The notes under the pieces: generated by a model
Told to the model about the DNA's origin: nothing
The model's input: only the letters and a program-made list of their open reading frames with translations
The model's database searches: none
Assembly: GCA_963744145.1 (NCBI GenBank)
Contig: CAVUSO010000001.1
Location: forward strand, 6,976,001-7,040,000
Length of the DNA stretch: 64,000 bases
Direction of reading: 5' to 3'
Origin: an uncultured cyanobacterium
GTDB lineage: Bacteria > Cyanobacteriota > Cyanobacteriia > Cyanobacteriales > CAWUOF01
Made by a program: the position numbers and the translations under genes
Shown here: in pieces, positions 1 to 11,100 of the stretch
Numbering within the stretch: the stretch's first letter is position 1
How the letters are laid out: every line of letters starts with the position of its first letter

Positions 1-3000
1 TTGCACCTGGAATAATACTTAATTCTGGTACAGGTGATACAACTATTCGCATTAATACTGGTGCAGCGATCGGCAGTGGTGGTAATATTAGTTTGCAAAA
101 TATTATTGCTAACAATCTGCTCGTCGAGAATTTCGGGTTTGGTAATAGCAACATTACTTTAAATACTCCCCTGACTTCGACCGGAAATATTACCTTAACT
201 GCCAATGGAAATGTGACTACTCCGTCGCTGACAATTCCGGGAAATAGCATTAATATTACTAGCAATTTAGGTCAAATTGATACTACTAATGGCACCCTTG
301 ACACTAGCTCAACTGGTGCGGGGGGAGATGTAACTTTAACAGCAAATCATCTTGGTGTTATGACAGGTAATATTAATAGTAATTCGACCGGTAGTGGTCA
401 AGGAGGAAATATCACTATTACCAGTGGGGATGCGATCGATACTACTCTAGGAACTCTAAATTCTAGTTCAGGGACAGGTCAAGGTGGAGATATTAACTTT
501 AATGCAAATAGCAATATAAAAATCGCTAATCTCAATACGACTAGCAATGGTAGTGGAGCTGGGGGAAATATTACCCTGAATAGTAATGGCGGTTTAATTA
601 CTAATATAACTGGGACAATTAATGCAACTGCAAATTCCGGTCATGGGGGAAATATATCCCTAAGGAGTGCTAGCGATATTATCATCAATAAGAATATCAA
701 TAGCAGTTCTAATGGGACTGGAAACGGAGGAGATATTTCTTTAACTAGCACAAGCGGTGCAGTGAATATTAATTCTCTCAATTCAACCTCAGCATTTGGG
801 AATGGTGGAAATTTAACAATTAATGCTGCTAACAATATTAAAGGATTGCTGCTCTTTGCTGATGCGACTAAAGGTCAGGGAGGAAATATTAGTCTCACTA
901 GCACTACTGGAGCAATTAACATGAGTTCACTGAGTGCTAATTCTCATAATGCTCAAGGTGGAACCTTATTTCTCCAAGCGAGTGGGAATATCACCACGGG
1001 AGATTTAAGTGCTAAAGGGATTACGGGAATTAGTCAAGGTGGTCAGACTTCTATTATTAGTAAAAATGCCGCGATTGCGATTGGTAATATTACCACAACT
1101 GGTACTGCAAGTGGGGGAAATATATCGTTACAAGCTAGCAGCCAAATTGCGACTAAACAAATTAATTCTAGCAGTGTCAATGGAGCAGGTGGTAATGTCC
1201 TGATTGACCCCACGGGAGATGTGCAAGTGAGTAATATTAATACTGCTGGTCAGACAACGGGAGGTAATGTAGATATTACCGCAGGTAGATATTTGCGAGT
1301 AAATGTACCCCTAACTATAGCTAATTGCGGCATAGTGAGTATTTGTACAATTGGTAATAGTCAAGGTGGGAATATATTTCTCAGACATGGTGGTGATGGG
1401 GTGGTTCCATTTATCGTGGGAAATGCAACGATCAATGGTACAGCTAGTGCGATCGATAAAGGAAATGGGACAGAACAAAAGATTACGAGCGGTTCCTTCT
1501 TAGGAACTCAAGTACAAGATAACGGGACACTGGGAATTATTACTAAGACTCCTGCTATATCCACCCCAACAGCTGTACCAACACCAACATCAACCTTGGT
1601 AACATTTGTACCAACATCTACACCAACACCAATACCAATAACAACACCAACATCTACACCAACACCAATATCTACACCAACACCAACATCTACACCAACA
1701 CCAACATCTACACCAACACCAACATCTACACCAACACCAATAGAGGAGCATCAGAATAATTTAAACATTAATCCTGTCGATTTAACTAAATTACAAGATC
1801 AACTAGATCCTTTACCATTGGAGGAAAATGATCCTGCTCAAAATTTGGCAATTGATAAGTCAATGAGTCAAGAATATACCCAGTATTTTGGGCTAGCTAA
1901 TGTGGCCGAATTGAGTGTTAGTAAAATCCGAGAGTCTCTGACCAATATTGAAAACAATACTGGGGTTAAGCCCGCAGTTATTTATGTATTTTTTGCGCCT
2001 AGTACGATTACTCCTGTCCCTATTAATAGCGAAGTAAAAATTACTGAAAATCCATTAAAAGAACAAAATTTAGGTTTGTTAAGAGCGGCAATACCGGAAG
2101 CACAAGATCATTTAGAATTAATTTTAGTCACAGCGGATTATCACCCAATTCGCAAGTCCTTAAATGTGACTAGAGCCGAAGTTATTGCGACTGCTCAAAA
2201 ATTTCAGGATACTGTAGCTGACCAAAAAGTTACGCGAGCATATCTAGTACCCGCTCACCAAATGTATCAATGGTTAGTTGCTCCTTTAGAACAGAATTTA
2301 CAAAAATTAAATATTCAAAACTTAGTATATATCATGGATCAGAAGTTGCGGACTATACCTTTAGCGGCGATGCGCGATGGGAAAGGTTTTATAATTGAGC
2401 GCTACAGTGTGGGATTAATGCCAAGTTTTGCCCTGACTGACAAGAGTTACCATAATATTCACGATGCTCAATTATTGGCAATGGGTAGCACTAATTTCTC
2501 AGATATTTTTCATCTGGGTTCTTTACCATCAGTTAAAGAGGAAGTAAATTTGGCGCATCAAATTTGGAAAGGTAAATCTTTTCTGAATGACGAATTTACC
2601 CTGGAAACCTTAAAATCCCAACGAGAGCATAATCCCTTTAGAATCGTGCATTTAGCTACCCATGCTGACATTAATCCGGGTACAGCAGATGACTCTTATC
2701 TCTATTTTACGAAAGAAAGATTACCTCTGCCTAATTTACGTTCAATTAAGTGGAATAATCCCCCAGTGGAACTATTAGTTTTAAGTGCTTGTCAGACCGC
2801 AGTAGGAAATGATAATGTGGAGTTAGGTTTTGCCGGATTAGCAGTCCAATCTGGGGTGAAATCAGCCTTAGCTTCCTTATGGCATATTTCCGATGAAGGT
2901 ACTCTGGGATTAATGACGGAGTTTTACGAGCAACTGAAAACAGCACCAATTAAAGCCGAAGCTTTACGTCGCGCTCAGTTAGCAATGATGCGTGGTGCAG

Positions 3001-3134
3001 TGCGTTTAGAAGCTGGAAAATTAGTCACCAGTCAGCAATCTTTTCCCTTACCTCCTGAGTTAGTTGAGTTGCATCACCAATTCAGTCATCCTTATTATTG
3101 GAGTGGGTTTACCATTATTGGTAATCCTTGGTAA
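1..3134 (+). CDS. FhaB-like exoprotein with C-terminal CHAT peptidase, array copy 1 (5' end outside window)
   Basis: Frame open from base 3; GGNI-type beta-helix repeats, Pro/Thr linker, CHAT motifs HLATH and LSACQTA, ends HPYYWSGFTIIGNPW; closely similar to copies 2-5. Confidence 0.9.
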   Translation, partial: APGIILNSGTGDTTIRINTGAAIGSGGNISLQNIIANNLLVENFGFGNSNITLNTPLTSTGNITLTANGNVTTPSLTIPGNSINITSNLGQIDTTNGTLDTSSTGAGGDVTLTANHLGVMTGNINSNSTGSGQGGNITITSGDAIDTTLGTLNSSSGTGQGGDINFNANSNIKIANLNTTSNGSGAGGNITLNSNGGLITNITGTINATANSGHGGNISLRSASDIIINKNINSSSNGTGNGGDISLTSTSGAVNINSLNSTSAFGNGGNLTINAANNIKGLLLFADATKGQGGNISLTSTTGAINMSSLSANSHNAQGGTLFLQASGNITTGDLSAKGITGISQGGQTSIISKNAAIAIGNITTTGTASGGNISLQASSQIATKQINSSSVNGAGGNVLIDPTGDVQVSNINTAGQTTGGNVDITAGRYLRVNVPLTIANCGIVSICTIGNSQGGNIFLRHGGDGVVPFIVGNATINGTASAIDKGNGTEQKITSGSFLGTQVQDNGTLGIITKTPAISTPTAVPTPTSTLVTFVPTSTPTPIPITTPTSTPTPISTPTPTSTPTPTSTPTPTSTPTPIEEHQNNLNINPVDLTKLQDQLDPLPLEENDPAQNLAIDKSMSQEYTQYFGLANVAELSVSKIRESLTNIENNTGVKPAVIYVFFAPSTITPVPINSEVKITENPLKEQNLGLLRAAIPEAQDHLELILVTADYHPIRKSLNVTRAEVIATAQKFQDTVADQKVTRAYLVPAHQMYQWLVAPLEQNLQKLNIQNLVYIMDQKLRTIPLAAMRDGKGFIIERYSVGLMPSFALTDKSYHNIHDAQLLAMGSTNFSDIFHLGSLPSVKEEVNLAHQIWKGKSFLNDEFTLETLKSQREHNPFRIVHLATHADINPGTADDSYLYFTKERLPLPNLRSIKWNNPPVELLVLSACQTAVGNDNVELGFAGLAVQSGVKSALASLWHISDEGTLGLMTEFYEQLKTAPIKAEALRRAQLAMMRGAVRLEAGKLVTSQQSFPLPPELVELHHQFSHPYYWSGFTIIGNPW
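1560..1740 (+). repeat. Coding Pro/Thr tandem repeat (18-bp ACACCAACACCAACATCT units)
   Basis: Seen directly; analogous but different linkers at ~12487-12680, ~18520-18730 and ~24560-24775. Confidence 0.85.
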
Positions 3135-3185
3135 ATTCACCGACTCGATCGACCTTGGTCTTTGGACCATCCCCAATGGTAACCT

Positions 3186-6100
3186 ATGAAACATTTTCTC
3201 CAGATTATTAACGGGTGCTTAACAATTTTCCCGCTAGGGATGATATGTGCTAATATTTGTCCTGGGTTAGCACAATCCATTATCCCGACTCGTAACGCTA
3301 CAAACACCTTAGTGACCCCAGTAGGGAATAAATATAATATTAACGGTGGGATGCTCTCGGGCGATCGCACCAACTTATTCCATAGCTTTGATAAATTTGG
3401 ACTTTCCACAGGTGAAACCGCCAATTTTATTTCTAGTCCAGGAATTCGCAATATTTTAGGGAGAGTTACGGGAGGAAATCCATCCTTAATTAACGGACTC
3501 ATTCAAGTAACGGGAGGGAATTCTAACTTATTTTTAATCAATCCTGCGGGAATTGTATTTGGCTCTAATGCGAGGTTAAATGTGCCCGCATCTTTTACCG
3601 CAACCACAGCAACAGGAATGGGATTTAGTAATAATCAATGGTTCAATGCGATCGGGGATAATAATTATCATAATTTAATCGGAACACCATCTCAATTTGC
3701 TTTTGATTTAGCCAAATCGGGAAATATTATCAACGCGGGAAAATTAACCGTACCAGTTGGAGCAAATTTAACCTTACTAGGTGGTAATGTAATTAATACT
3801 GGACAACTAACAGCACCGACTGGAAATATTACTATTAATGCTGTGCCAAATCAGAATATAGTAAAAATTTCGCAACCTGGACATATATTAAGTTTAGAAA
3901 TTACACCACCGCGAGATACTACTGGACAAATATTACCGATCGCTCCCGTCGATTTACCGACTTTACTAACAGGAACAGCCAATAATATAGAGACAGGTTT
4001 GAGTGTTAATTCCACGGGTAATGTGCAGTTAAACCAGTCTGGCACAATTTTACCTAATGTTCCAGGTTTAGCGATCGCAACAGGGAATATTTCAGTAGCA
4101 GGAATAACCGCAAATGCGGGAGGGGGAAATGTCAATATTTTCGGAGACAAAGTAGGAGTATTTAATAGCAATATAGATGCTTCTGGTGTTGCGGGAGGGG
4201 GAACAGTAAAAATTGGTGGCGATTTTCAAGGAGGGGGAACTTTACCCCACGCTACTCAAACTATTGTTGCAGCAGATACCAATATTAATGCTAATGCTAC
4301 AGCCACAGGAAATGGTGGCAAAGTAATAGTATGGTCTGATAATTTTACCAGTGATTATGGCAATATTAATGCTCGTGGTGGTGTAAAAAGTGGTGATGGT
4401 GGTTTAGTCGAAGTTTCGGGCAAAGATTTACTAATTTTTACAGGAGGAGTAAATGCAGGAGCAACGGTAGGTAAACCAGGAACATTACTGCTTGATCCCA
4501 AAAATATCACCATTACTAATGTTAGCTCACCTTTAGCAACGATATTAAACCCGAACCCTGTAAACCTAGGTGGTTTTGGCATTTCAGTAGCTTCCAATAA
4601 TAGCAATCTGTTGATCGGGGCACCAGCTAATACATCAGGGGGAGTCACTACCGCAGGACAAGCCTATTTATTTAACACCAGTGGGGGACTATTACAAACT
4701 TTCAATAACCCCAATCCAGTTAAAAATAGCTTCTTTGGCAACTCAGTTGCTATATCGGGCAGCAACCTGTTAATCGGGGCACTAGCTAATACATCAGGGG
4801 GAGTCACTACCGCAGGACAAGCCTATTTATTTAACACCAGTGGAGGACTATTACAAACTTTCAATAACCCCAATCCGGTCAAAAATGGCTACTTTGGTAA
4901 TTCAGTTGCTATATTGGGCAGCAACCTGTTAATCGGGGCACCAGCTAACACATCGGGGGGAGTCACTACCGCAGGACAAGCCTATTTATTTAACACCAGT
5001 GGGGGACTATTACAAACTTTTAATAATCCCAATCCAGTTAAAAATGGCTTCTTTGGTAGTTCAGTTGCCCTATCCAATAGTAACCTCCTAATTGGGGCAA
5101 ATGGTAACACATCAAAGGGAGTTCCTACTGCTGGACAAGCTTATTTATTTAACACCAGTGGGGGGCTACTACAAACTTTCAATAACCCCAATCCTGTCTT
5201 ACTTGGCTACTTTGGTACTTCAGTTGCGATATCAGGTAGCAACCTGTTGATCGGGGCAATTGGTAACACCTCGGGAGGAATCTCAGGAGCAGGACAAGCC
5301 TATTTATTTAACAGCAGTGGAGGACTATTACAAACTTTCAATAACCCCAATCCGGTCAAAAATGGCTATTTTGGCACTTCAGTGGCGATGTCGGGCAGTA
5401 ACCTGTTGATCGGGGCAATTGGCAATACATCAGGGGGAGTTTCCACCGCAGGGCAAGCCTTTTTGTTTAACACTAATGGTAATCTACTACAAACTCTTAA
5501 TAGTCCAAATCCTCAAACTGCAAATGCTATCAATTTTGGCTCATCAGTCATTCCCAATCTTGGCAATTTTGGGTCATCAGTTGCTTTTGTAAACAGCAAT
5601 ATATTGGTAGGATCTGCTTTAGAAAAATCAGGAGGAGTAGCAAATGCAGGAAACAGCTATTTAATGGCTGCTGCTTATCCGGGTGCTTTATCTTTTAGTG
5701 ACAATCCTAGTGCTTCGGTTAATGTTGATCCTAGCGATATTACTAGAGTTACTAATACGGGTACTAATGTGGTATTACAAGCTAATAATGATATTACCGT
5801 TGCTCAATCAGTGATTAGTTCGGCGATCGGAAAGGGTGGAGCAATTACCCTGCAAGCAGGACGTAGTATTCTAGTTAATGCAAATATCACTACGGATAAC
5901 GGAAATTTAACTCTAGTTGCTAACGAAACTACGGCTAATGGAGTGCAAAGTCAATATCGAGATTCGGGTTTGGGTAATATTACGGTTGCGTCTGGAGTAA
6001 CACTTAACTCTGGTACAGGTGATACCACAATTCGGATTAATACAGGTACAACTACAGATAGTGGTGGTAATATTAGTCTGCAAAATATCACGGCTAAAAA

Positions 6101-8042
6101 TCTGCTCGTCGAGAATTTAGGAGCTAGTAACAGCAATATTATCTTAAATACTGCCCTTACTCCGACTGGAAATATTACTTTAACTGCTAATGGTGATGTG
6201 ACTACTCAGTCAATTAAAACTCCTAATAATATTAGTATTACTAGCAATTTAGGTCAAATTACTACCAAAAACATTGATTCGAGTAGTACCACTGGTATAG
6301 GTGGTAATCTGCTAATTAAAGCAATCGGAGATGTGCAAATTAGTAGTATTAATACCTCTGGTGGAACAACTGGAGGTAATGTCGATATTACGACTGGTAA
6401 ATATTTGCGAGTGAATAATTCGTTAACTACAGCTAATTGTGGAACGGTGAGTATTTGTACAATTGGTAATACTCAAGGGGGGAGTATTTTGCTCCGACAT
6501 GGTGGTGATGGTATTATACCTTTTATAGTTGGAGATGCTACCCAAAATGGTACAGCTAGTGCAATATATAAGGGAAATAGTCCGGAACAAAAGATTACTA
6601 GCGGTTCGTTCTTAGTGACTCAATTGCAAGATAATGGTAGATTGGGAATTATTACCAATGCTGCTCTTAATTCCGTAGATTTAACTACTTCACAAAGTAC
6701 AATAGGTGCAGTAAATAGTTTACCATTAAGTCCAAATACTACTTCCCAAGATTTGTCAACTGATAAATCAATGAGTAAAGAATTTACTCAGTATTTTGGA
6801 TTACCTGATGTCCCAGCAATTAGCAATAGTAAAATTCAAAAATCTCTGCTCAATGTCGAAAATGATACGGGGATTAAACCCGCAGTTATTTATGTATTTT
6901 TTGTTCCTAGTAGCATTACTCCAGTACCTAATAATCAGCAGTTAAATATTTCTGAAAATACCTTAAAAAACCAAAATTTTGATTTATTAAGAGCGACAAT
7001 ACCCGACGACCAAGATCATTTAGAATTAATTTTAATAGCCCAGGGTTATAAACCGATTCGCAAGTCATTAAATGCGACTAGAACAGAAGTTCTCGCTACT
7101 GCCAAAAATTTTCAAGCTACTGTAGCAAGTAAAATCAATGTAGCAGAATATATGGTTCCCGCTCAACAAATGTATCAATGGCTAGTAGCCCCTTTAGAAA
7201 ATGATTTACAAAAATTAAAGATTCAAAACTTAGTATATATAATGGATCGGGATCTTCGCACCCTTCCTTTAGCAGCAATGTATGATGGTAAAGGCTTTAT
7301 TATTGAACGCTATAGCGTCGGTTTAATGCCAAGTATTGCTCTAACTGATACCAGTTATAAGAATCTTAATAATGCCCAATTATTGGCAATGGGCAGTGCT
7401 AATTTCTCGGAAAGTTTCCATCTAGACTCTTTACCAGCAGCAGCAGAGGAAATAAATTTGGCTAATCAAATTTGGGGAGGGAAGTCTTTTCTAAATGACC
7501 AATTTACCCTGGAAAACTTAAAATCTCAACGAGAACATAATCCCTTTCGGATCGTCCATTTAGCTACTCATGCTGATTTTAATCCCGGTTTAGCTAAAGA
7601 TTCTTATATTTATTTTGCTCAGGAAAGATTACCACTACCTAATTTACGTTCTATTAAGTGGAATAATCCCCCAGTGGAACTATTAATTTTAAGTGCTTGT
7701 CGAACTGCGATCGGTGATGAAGATGCAGAATTAGGTTTTGCTGGATTAGCAGTCCAAACTGGAGTGAAATCAGCACTAGCATCCCTTTGGTATATTTCTG
7801 ATGAAGGTACTCTGGGATTAATGACAGAGTTTTACGAGCAATTAAAAACAGCACCAATTAAAGCTGAAGCTTTACGTCGCGCTCAGTTAGCAATGATGCG
7901 AGGTGAAGTGCGTTTGGAAGGAGGAAAATTAGTCACCAATCAACAATCTTTTCCCTTACCTCCTGCGATCGCTAATTTACATCACCAATTAAGACATCCT
8001 TATTATTGGAGTGGATTTACGATTATTGGTAATCCTTGGTAA
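3186..8042 (+). CDS. TPS-domain / 7x FG-GAP-like repeat / CHAT protein, array copy 2
   Basis: Signal-like N-terminus ending LAQ; NLFHSF...NLFLINPAGIVFG haemagglutination-activity motif; seven ~54-aa FG.SVA...LLIGA...AGQAYLF repeats; HLATH and LSAC motifs. Confidence 0.9.
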   Translation: MKHFLQIINGCLTIFPLGMICANICPGLAQSIIPTRNATNTLVTPVGNKYNINGGMLSGDRTNLFHSFDKFGLSTGETANFISSPGIRNILGRVTGGNPSLINGLIQVTGGNSNLFLINPAGIVFGSNARLNVPASFTATTATGMGFSNNQWFNAIGDNNYHNLIGTPSQFAFDLAKSGNIINAGKLTVPVGANLTLLGGNVINTGQLTAPTGNITINAVPNQNIVKISQPGHILSLEITPPRDTTGQILPIAPVDLPTLLTGTANNIETGLSVNSTGNVQLNQSGTILPNVPGLAIATGNISVAGITANAGGGNVNIFGDKVGVFNSNIDASGVAGGGTVKIGGDFQGGGTLPHATQTIVAADTNINANATATGNGGKVIVWSDNFTSDYGNINARGGVKSGDGGLVEVSGKDLLIFTGGVNAGATVGKPGTLLLDPKNITITNVSSPLATILNPNPVNLGGFGISVASNNSNLLIGAPANTSGGVTTAGQAYLFNTSGGLLQTFNNPNPVKNSFFGNSVAISGSNLLIGALANTSGGVTTAGQAYLFNTSGGLLQTFNNPNPVKNGYFGNSVAILGSNLLIGAPANTSGGVTTAGQAYLFNTSGGLLQTFNNPNPVKNGFFGSSVALSNSNLLIGANGNTSKGVPTAGQAYLFNTSGGLLQTFNNPNPVLLGYFGTSVAISGSNLLIGAIGNTSGGISGAGQAYLFNSSGGLLQTFNNPNPVKNGYFGTSVAMSGSNLLIGAIGNTSGGVSTAGQAFLFNTNGNLLQTLNSPNPQTANAINFGSSVIPNLGNFGSSVAFVNSNILVGSALEKSGGVANAGNSYLMAAAYPGALSFSDNPSASVNVDPSDITRVTNTGTNVVLQANNDITVAQSVISSAIGKGGAITLQAGRSILVNANITTDNGNLTLVANETTANGVQSQYRDSGLGNITVASGVTLNSGTGDTTIRINTGTTTDSGGNISLQNITAKNLLVENLGASNSNIILNTALTPTGNITLTANGDVTTQSIKTPNNISITSNLGQITTKNIDSSSTTGIGGNLLIKAIGDVQISSINTSGGTTGGNVDITTGKYLRVNNSLTTANCGTVSICTIGNTQGGSILLRHGGDGIIPFIVGDATQNGTASAIYKGNSPEQKITSGSFLVTQLQDNGRLGIITNAALNSVDLTTSQSTIGAVNSLPLSPNTTSQDLSTDKSMSKEFTQYFGLPDVPAISNSKIQKSLLNVENDTGIKPAVIYVFFVPSSITPVPNNQQLNISENTLKNQNFDLLRATIPDDQDHLELILIAQGYKPIRKSLNATRTEVLATAKNFQATVASKINVAEYMVPAQQMYQWLVAPLENDLQKLKIQNLVYIMDRDLRTLPLAAMYDGKGFIIERYSVGLMPSIALTDTSYKNLNNAQLLAMGSANFSESFHLDSLPAAAEEINLANQIWGGKSFLNDQFTLENLKSQREHNPFRIVHLATHADFNPGLAKDSYIYFAQERLPLPNLRSIKWNNPPVELLILSACRTAIGDEDAELGFAGLAVQTGVKSALASLWYISDEGTLGLMTEFYEQLKTAPIKAEALRRAQLAMMRGEVRLEGGKLVTNQQSFPLPPAIANLHHQLRHPYYWSGFTIIGNPW

Positions 8043-8155
8043 ATTAATCGGTTTTATTGAGCTTTGTCTTTGGATCATTTACTCTTGCAGGATGGGAACG
8101 CAAGGTATGATCTAGATCAGCTCTTGTTGAGGATTACCAAATTCACCCATTATTT

Positions 8156-11100
8156 ATGATGATGAAACATTTGATCAAGATTATTAACGGGTATTTAATA
8201 ATTTTCCCTGTAGCAATACTATTTACTAGTATTTGTCCTGGATTAGCACAATCTATTATCCCGACTCGCAACGCTACAGGTACATTAGTGACACCAGTAG
8301 GTAATAAATACAATATTAATGGCGGTACTCTTTCGGGCGATCGCACCAATTTATTCCATAGTTTTGACCAATTCGGACTTTCCGCAGGTGAAACCGTCAA
8401 TTTTATTTCTAATCCCCAAATTCGGAATATTTTAGGTAGAATTAGCGGAGGAAATCCTTCCTTAATTAACGGATTAATTCAAGTTACGGGAGGGAATTCT
8501 AACTTATTTTTAATCAACCCTGTGGGCTTAGTATTTGGCCCAAATGCCAGGTTAAATGTGCCCGCATCTTTTACCGCAACGACAGCAACAGCGATCGGAT
8601 TTAGCAATAATCAATGGTTCAATGCGATCGGCAATAATAACTATAACAACTTAATTGGAACACCATCACAATTTGCCTTTGATTTAGTTAAATCGGGAAA
8701 TATTATCAACGCGGGAAACTTAAGAGTACCAACGGGAGAAAATTTAACCTTACTAGGTGGTAATGTAATTAATACCGGGCAACTGACCGCACCTGGGGGA
8801 AATATTACGATTAATGCTGTGCCCAATCAGAATATAGTAAAAATATCTCAACCTGGAAATATCCTCAGTTTAGAAATCACACCACCCAGAGATCCGAGCG
8901 GACAAATCTTGCCGATCGCTCCCGTCGATTTACCAACTTTGCTAACAGGAACAGCCAATAATATAGGCACAGGTTTGAGTGTCAATCCTCCTGGTAATGT
9001 CCAATTAAATCAGTCAGGAATTATTTTACCAAATCAGCAAGGTTTAACAATTACATCAGGTCATATTTCGGTAGCAGGAATACCCGGAAATACCGTGGGT
9101 GGAAATATCAATATTTTGGGTGACAAAATCGGATTATTTAATAGCAATATAGATGCTTCAGGTGCGGTGGGAGGGGGAACAGTAAAAATCGGTGGTGATC
9201 ATCAAGGAGGGGGAACCTTACCTCATGCTACCCAAACTATTATTGCTCCTAATGCAACCATCAATGCTAATGCCACAGTAACAGGAAATGGTGGCAAAGT
9301 AATAGTTTGGTCAGATAATTTCACCAGTTATTATGGCAATATCACCGCTCGTGGTGGCGTCAAGGTCGGCGATGGTGGTCTAGTTGAAGTTTCAGGCAAA
9401 GACTTACTAATTTTTACTGGAGGAGTAGATGCAGGAGTAAATCTAGGTAAACCAGGAACATTACTCCTTGATCCTAAAAATATCACTATTACTAATGCTA
9501 GTTCACCCCTAGTAACATTCTTAAACCCTAACCCTGTCAGTACAGGCAGTTTCGGTTTTGCAGTAGCTTCAGAGGGCAATAATCTGCTCATCGGAGCGCA
9601 ATTTAATACATCAGGGGGAGTCGCAAATGCGGGGCAAGCCTATTTATTTAACACCAGTGGGGGACTGCTGCAAACTTTCAATAATCCCAATCCTGTATCA
9701 GGTGGCTTTTTTGGCAATTCAGTAGCTATATCTGGTAACAACCTGTTGATTGGAGCACCGAATAACACCTTTGGGGGATTTACAACTGTAGGACAAGCAT
9801 TTTTGTTTAACACCAGTGGGGGATTGCTGCAAACTTTCAATAACCCTAATCCTATAGCAAATGGGCTTTTCAGTCAATCAGTAGCTATATCTGGTAGCAA
9901 TCTGTTGATCGGGGCACCGGGAAACAAATTAGGGGCGGTGACAGGAGCAGGGCAAGCCTACTTGTTTAATACTAATGGGGGGCTGCTGCAAACTTTCAAT
10001 AATCCTCATCCAGTCACACCTGGCAGTTTTGGCTATACAGTAGCTATATCCGACAGCAATCTGTTGATTGGGGCAATTGGCAATACATCGGGGGGAGTCC
10101 CATTGGCAGGTCAAGCCTTTTTGTTTAACACCAGTGGGGGGCTATTGCAAACTTTCGATAACCCCAATCCAATCACACCTGGCAGTTTTGGTTATTCAGT
10201 AGCTATATCAGGAAGCAACCTGTTGATCGGAGCGCAATATAACAACTCCTCGGGAGGAGTCTCAGGAGCAGGGCAAGCCTTTTTATTTAACACCAGTGGG
10301 AGGCTATTGCAAACATTCGATAACCCCTATCCCATACCAAGCGGCAACTTTGGTTTTTCAGTAGCTATATCTGGCAACAACCTGTTGATTGGGGCAATAA
10401 ATAATAATAATATACCGCTAGGAGTCCCAGGAGCAGGACAAGCATTTTTATTTAACAGTAGCGGCAATTTACTGCAAACATTAGAGAGTCCAACACCGGA
10501 ATCATCGGGTCAGTTTGGCTATTCAGTTACTCCTGTAGGTAATAATTTCTTGATCGGAGCTAACTATGAAACATCGGGAGGACAACTGGGTGCAGGAAAT
10601 ACCTATTTAATGGCTGCTGCTTACCCTACTGCTCTGTCTTTTAGTGATAATCCCAGTCAATCAATAAATGTTAATCCTGCTGATATTACTCGTGTCACCA
10701 ATACAGGCACTAATGTCGTACTCCAAGCACACAATGATATTACTGTTGCCCAACCAGTTATTACCTCTGCGGGGGGAAATGGTGGTGCATTTACTCTCCA
10801 AGCAGGACGCAGTATTTTAGTTAATGCTAACATCACTACGGATAATGGAAATTTAACTCTAGTTGCTAACGAAACTGCTGCTAATGGAGTGCAAAGTCAA
10901 TATCGAGATTCTGGTTTTGCTAATATTACTGTTGCACCTGGAGTAACACTTAATTCTGGTACAGGTGATACCACGATTCGGATTAATACGGGTACGGCTA
11001 CAGGTAGTAGTGGTAATATTAGTTTACAAAATATCACTGCAAAAAATTTGCTCGTTGAGAATTTAGGGTTTGGTAATAGCAGCATTATCTTAAATAATAC

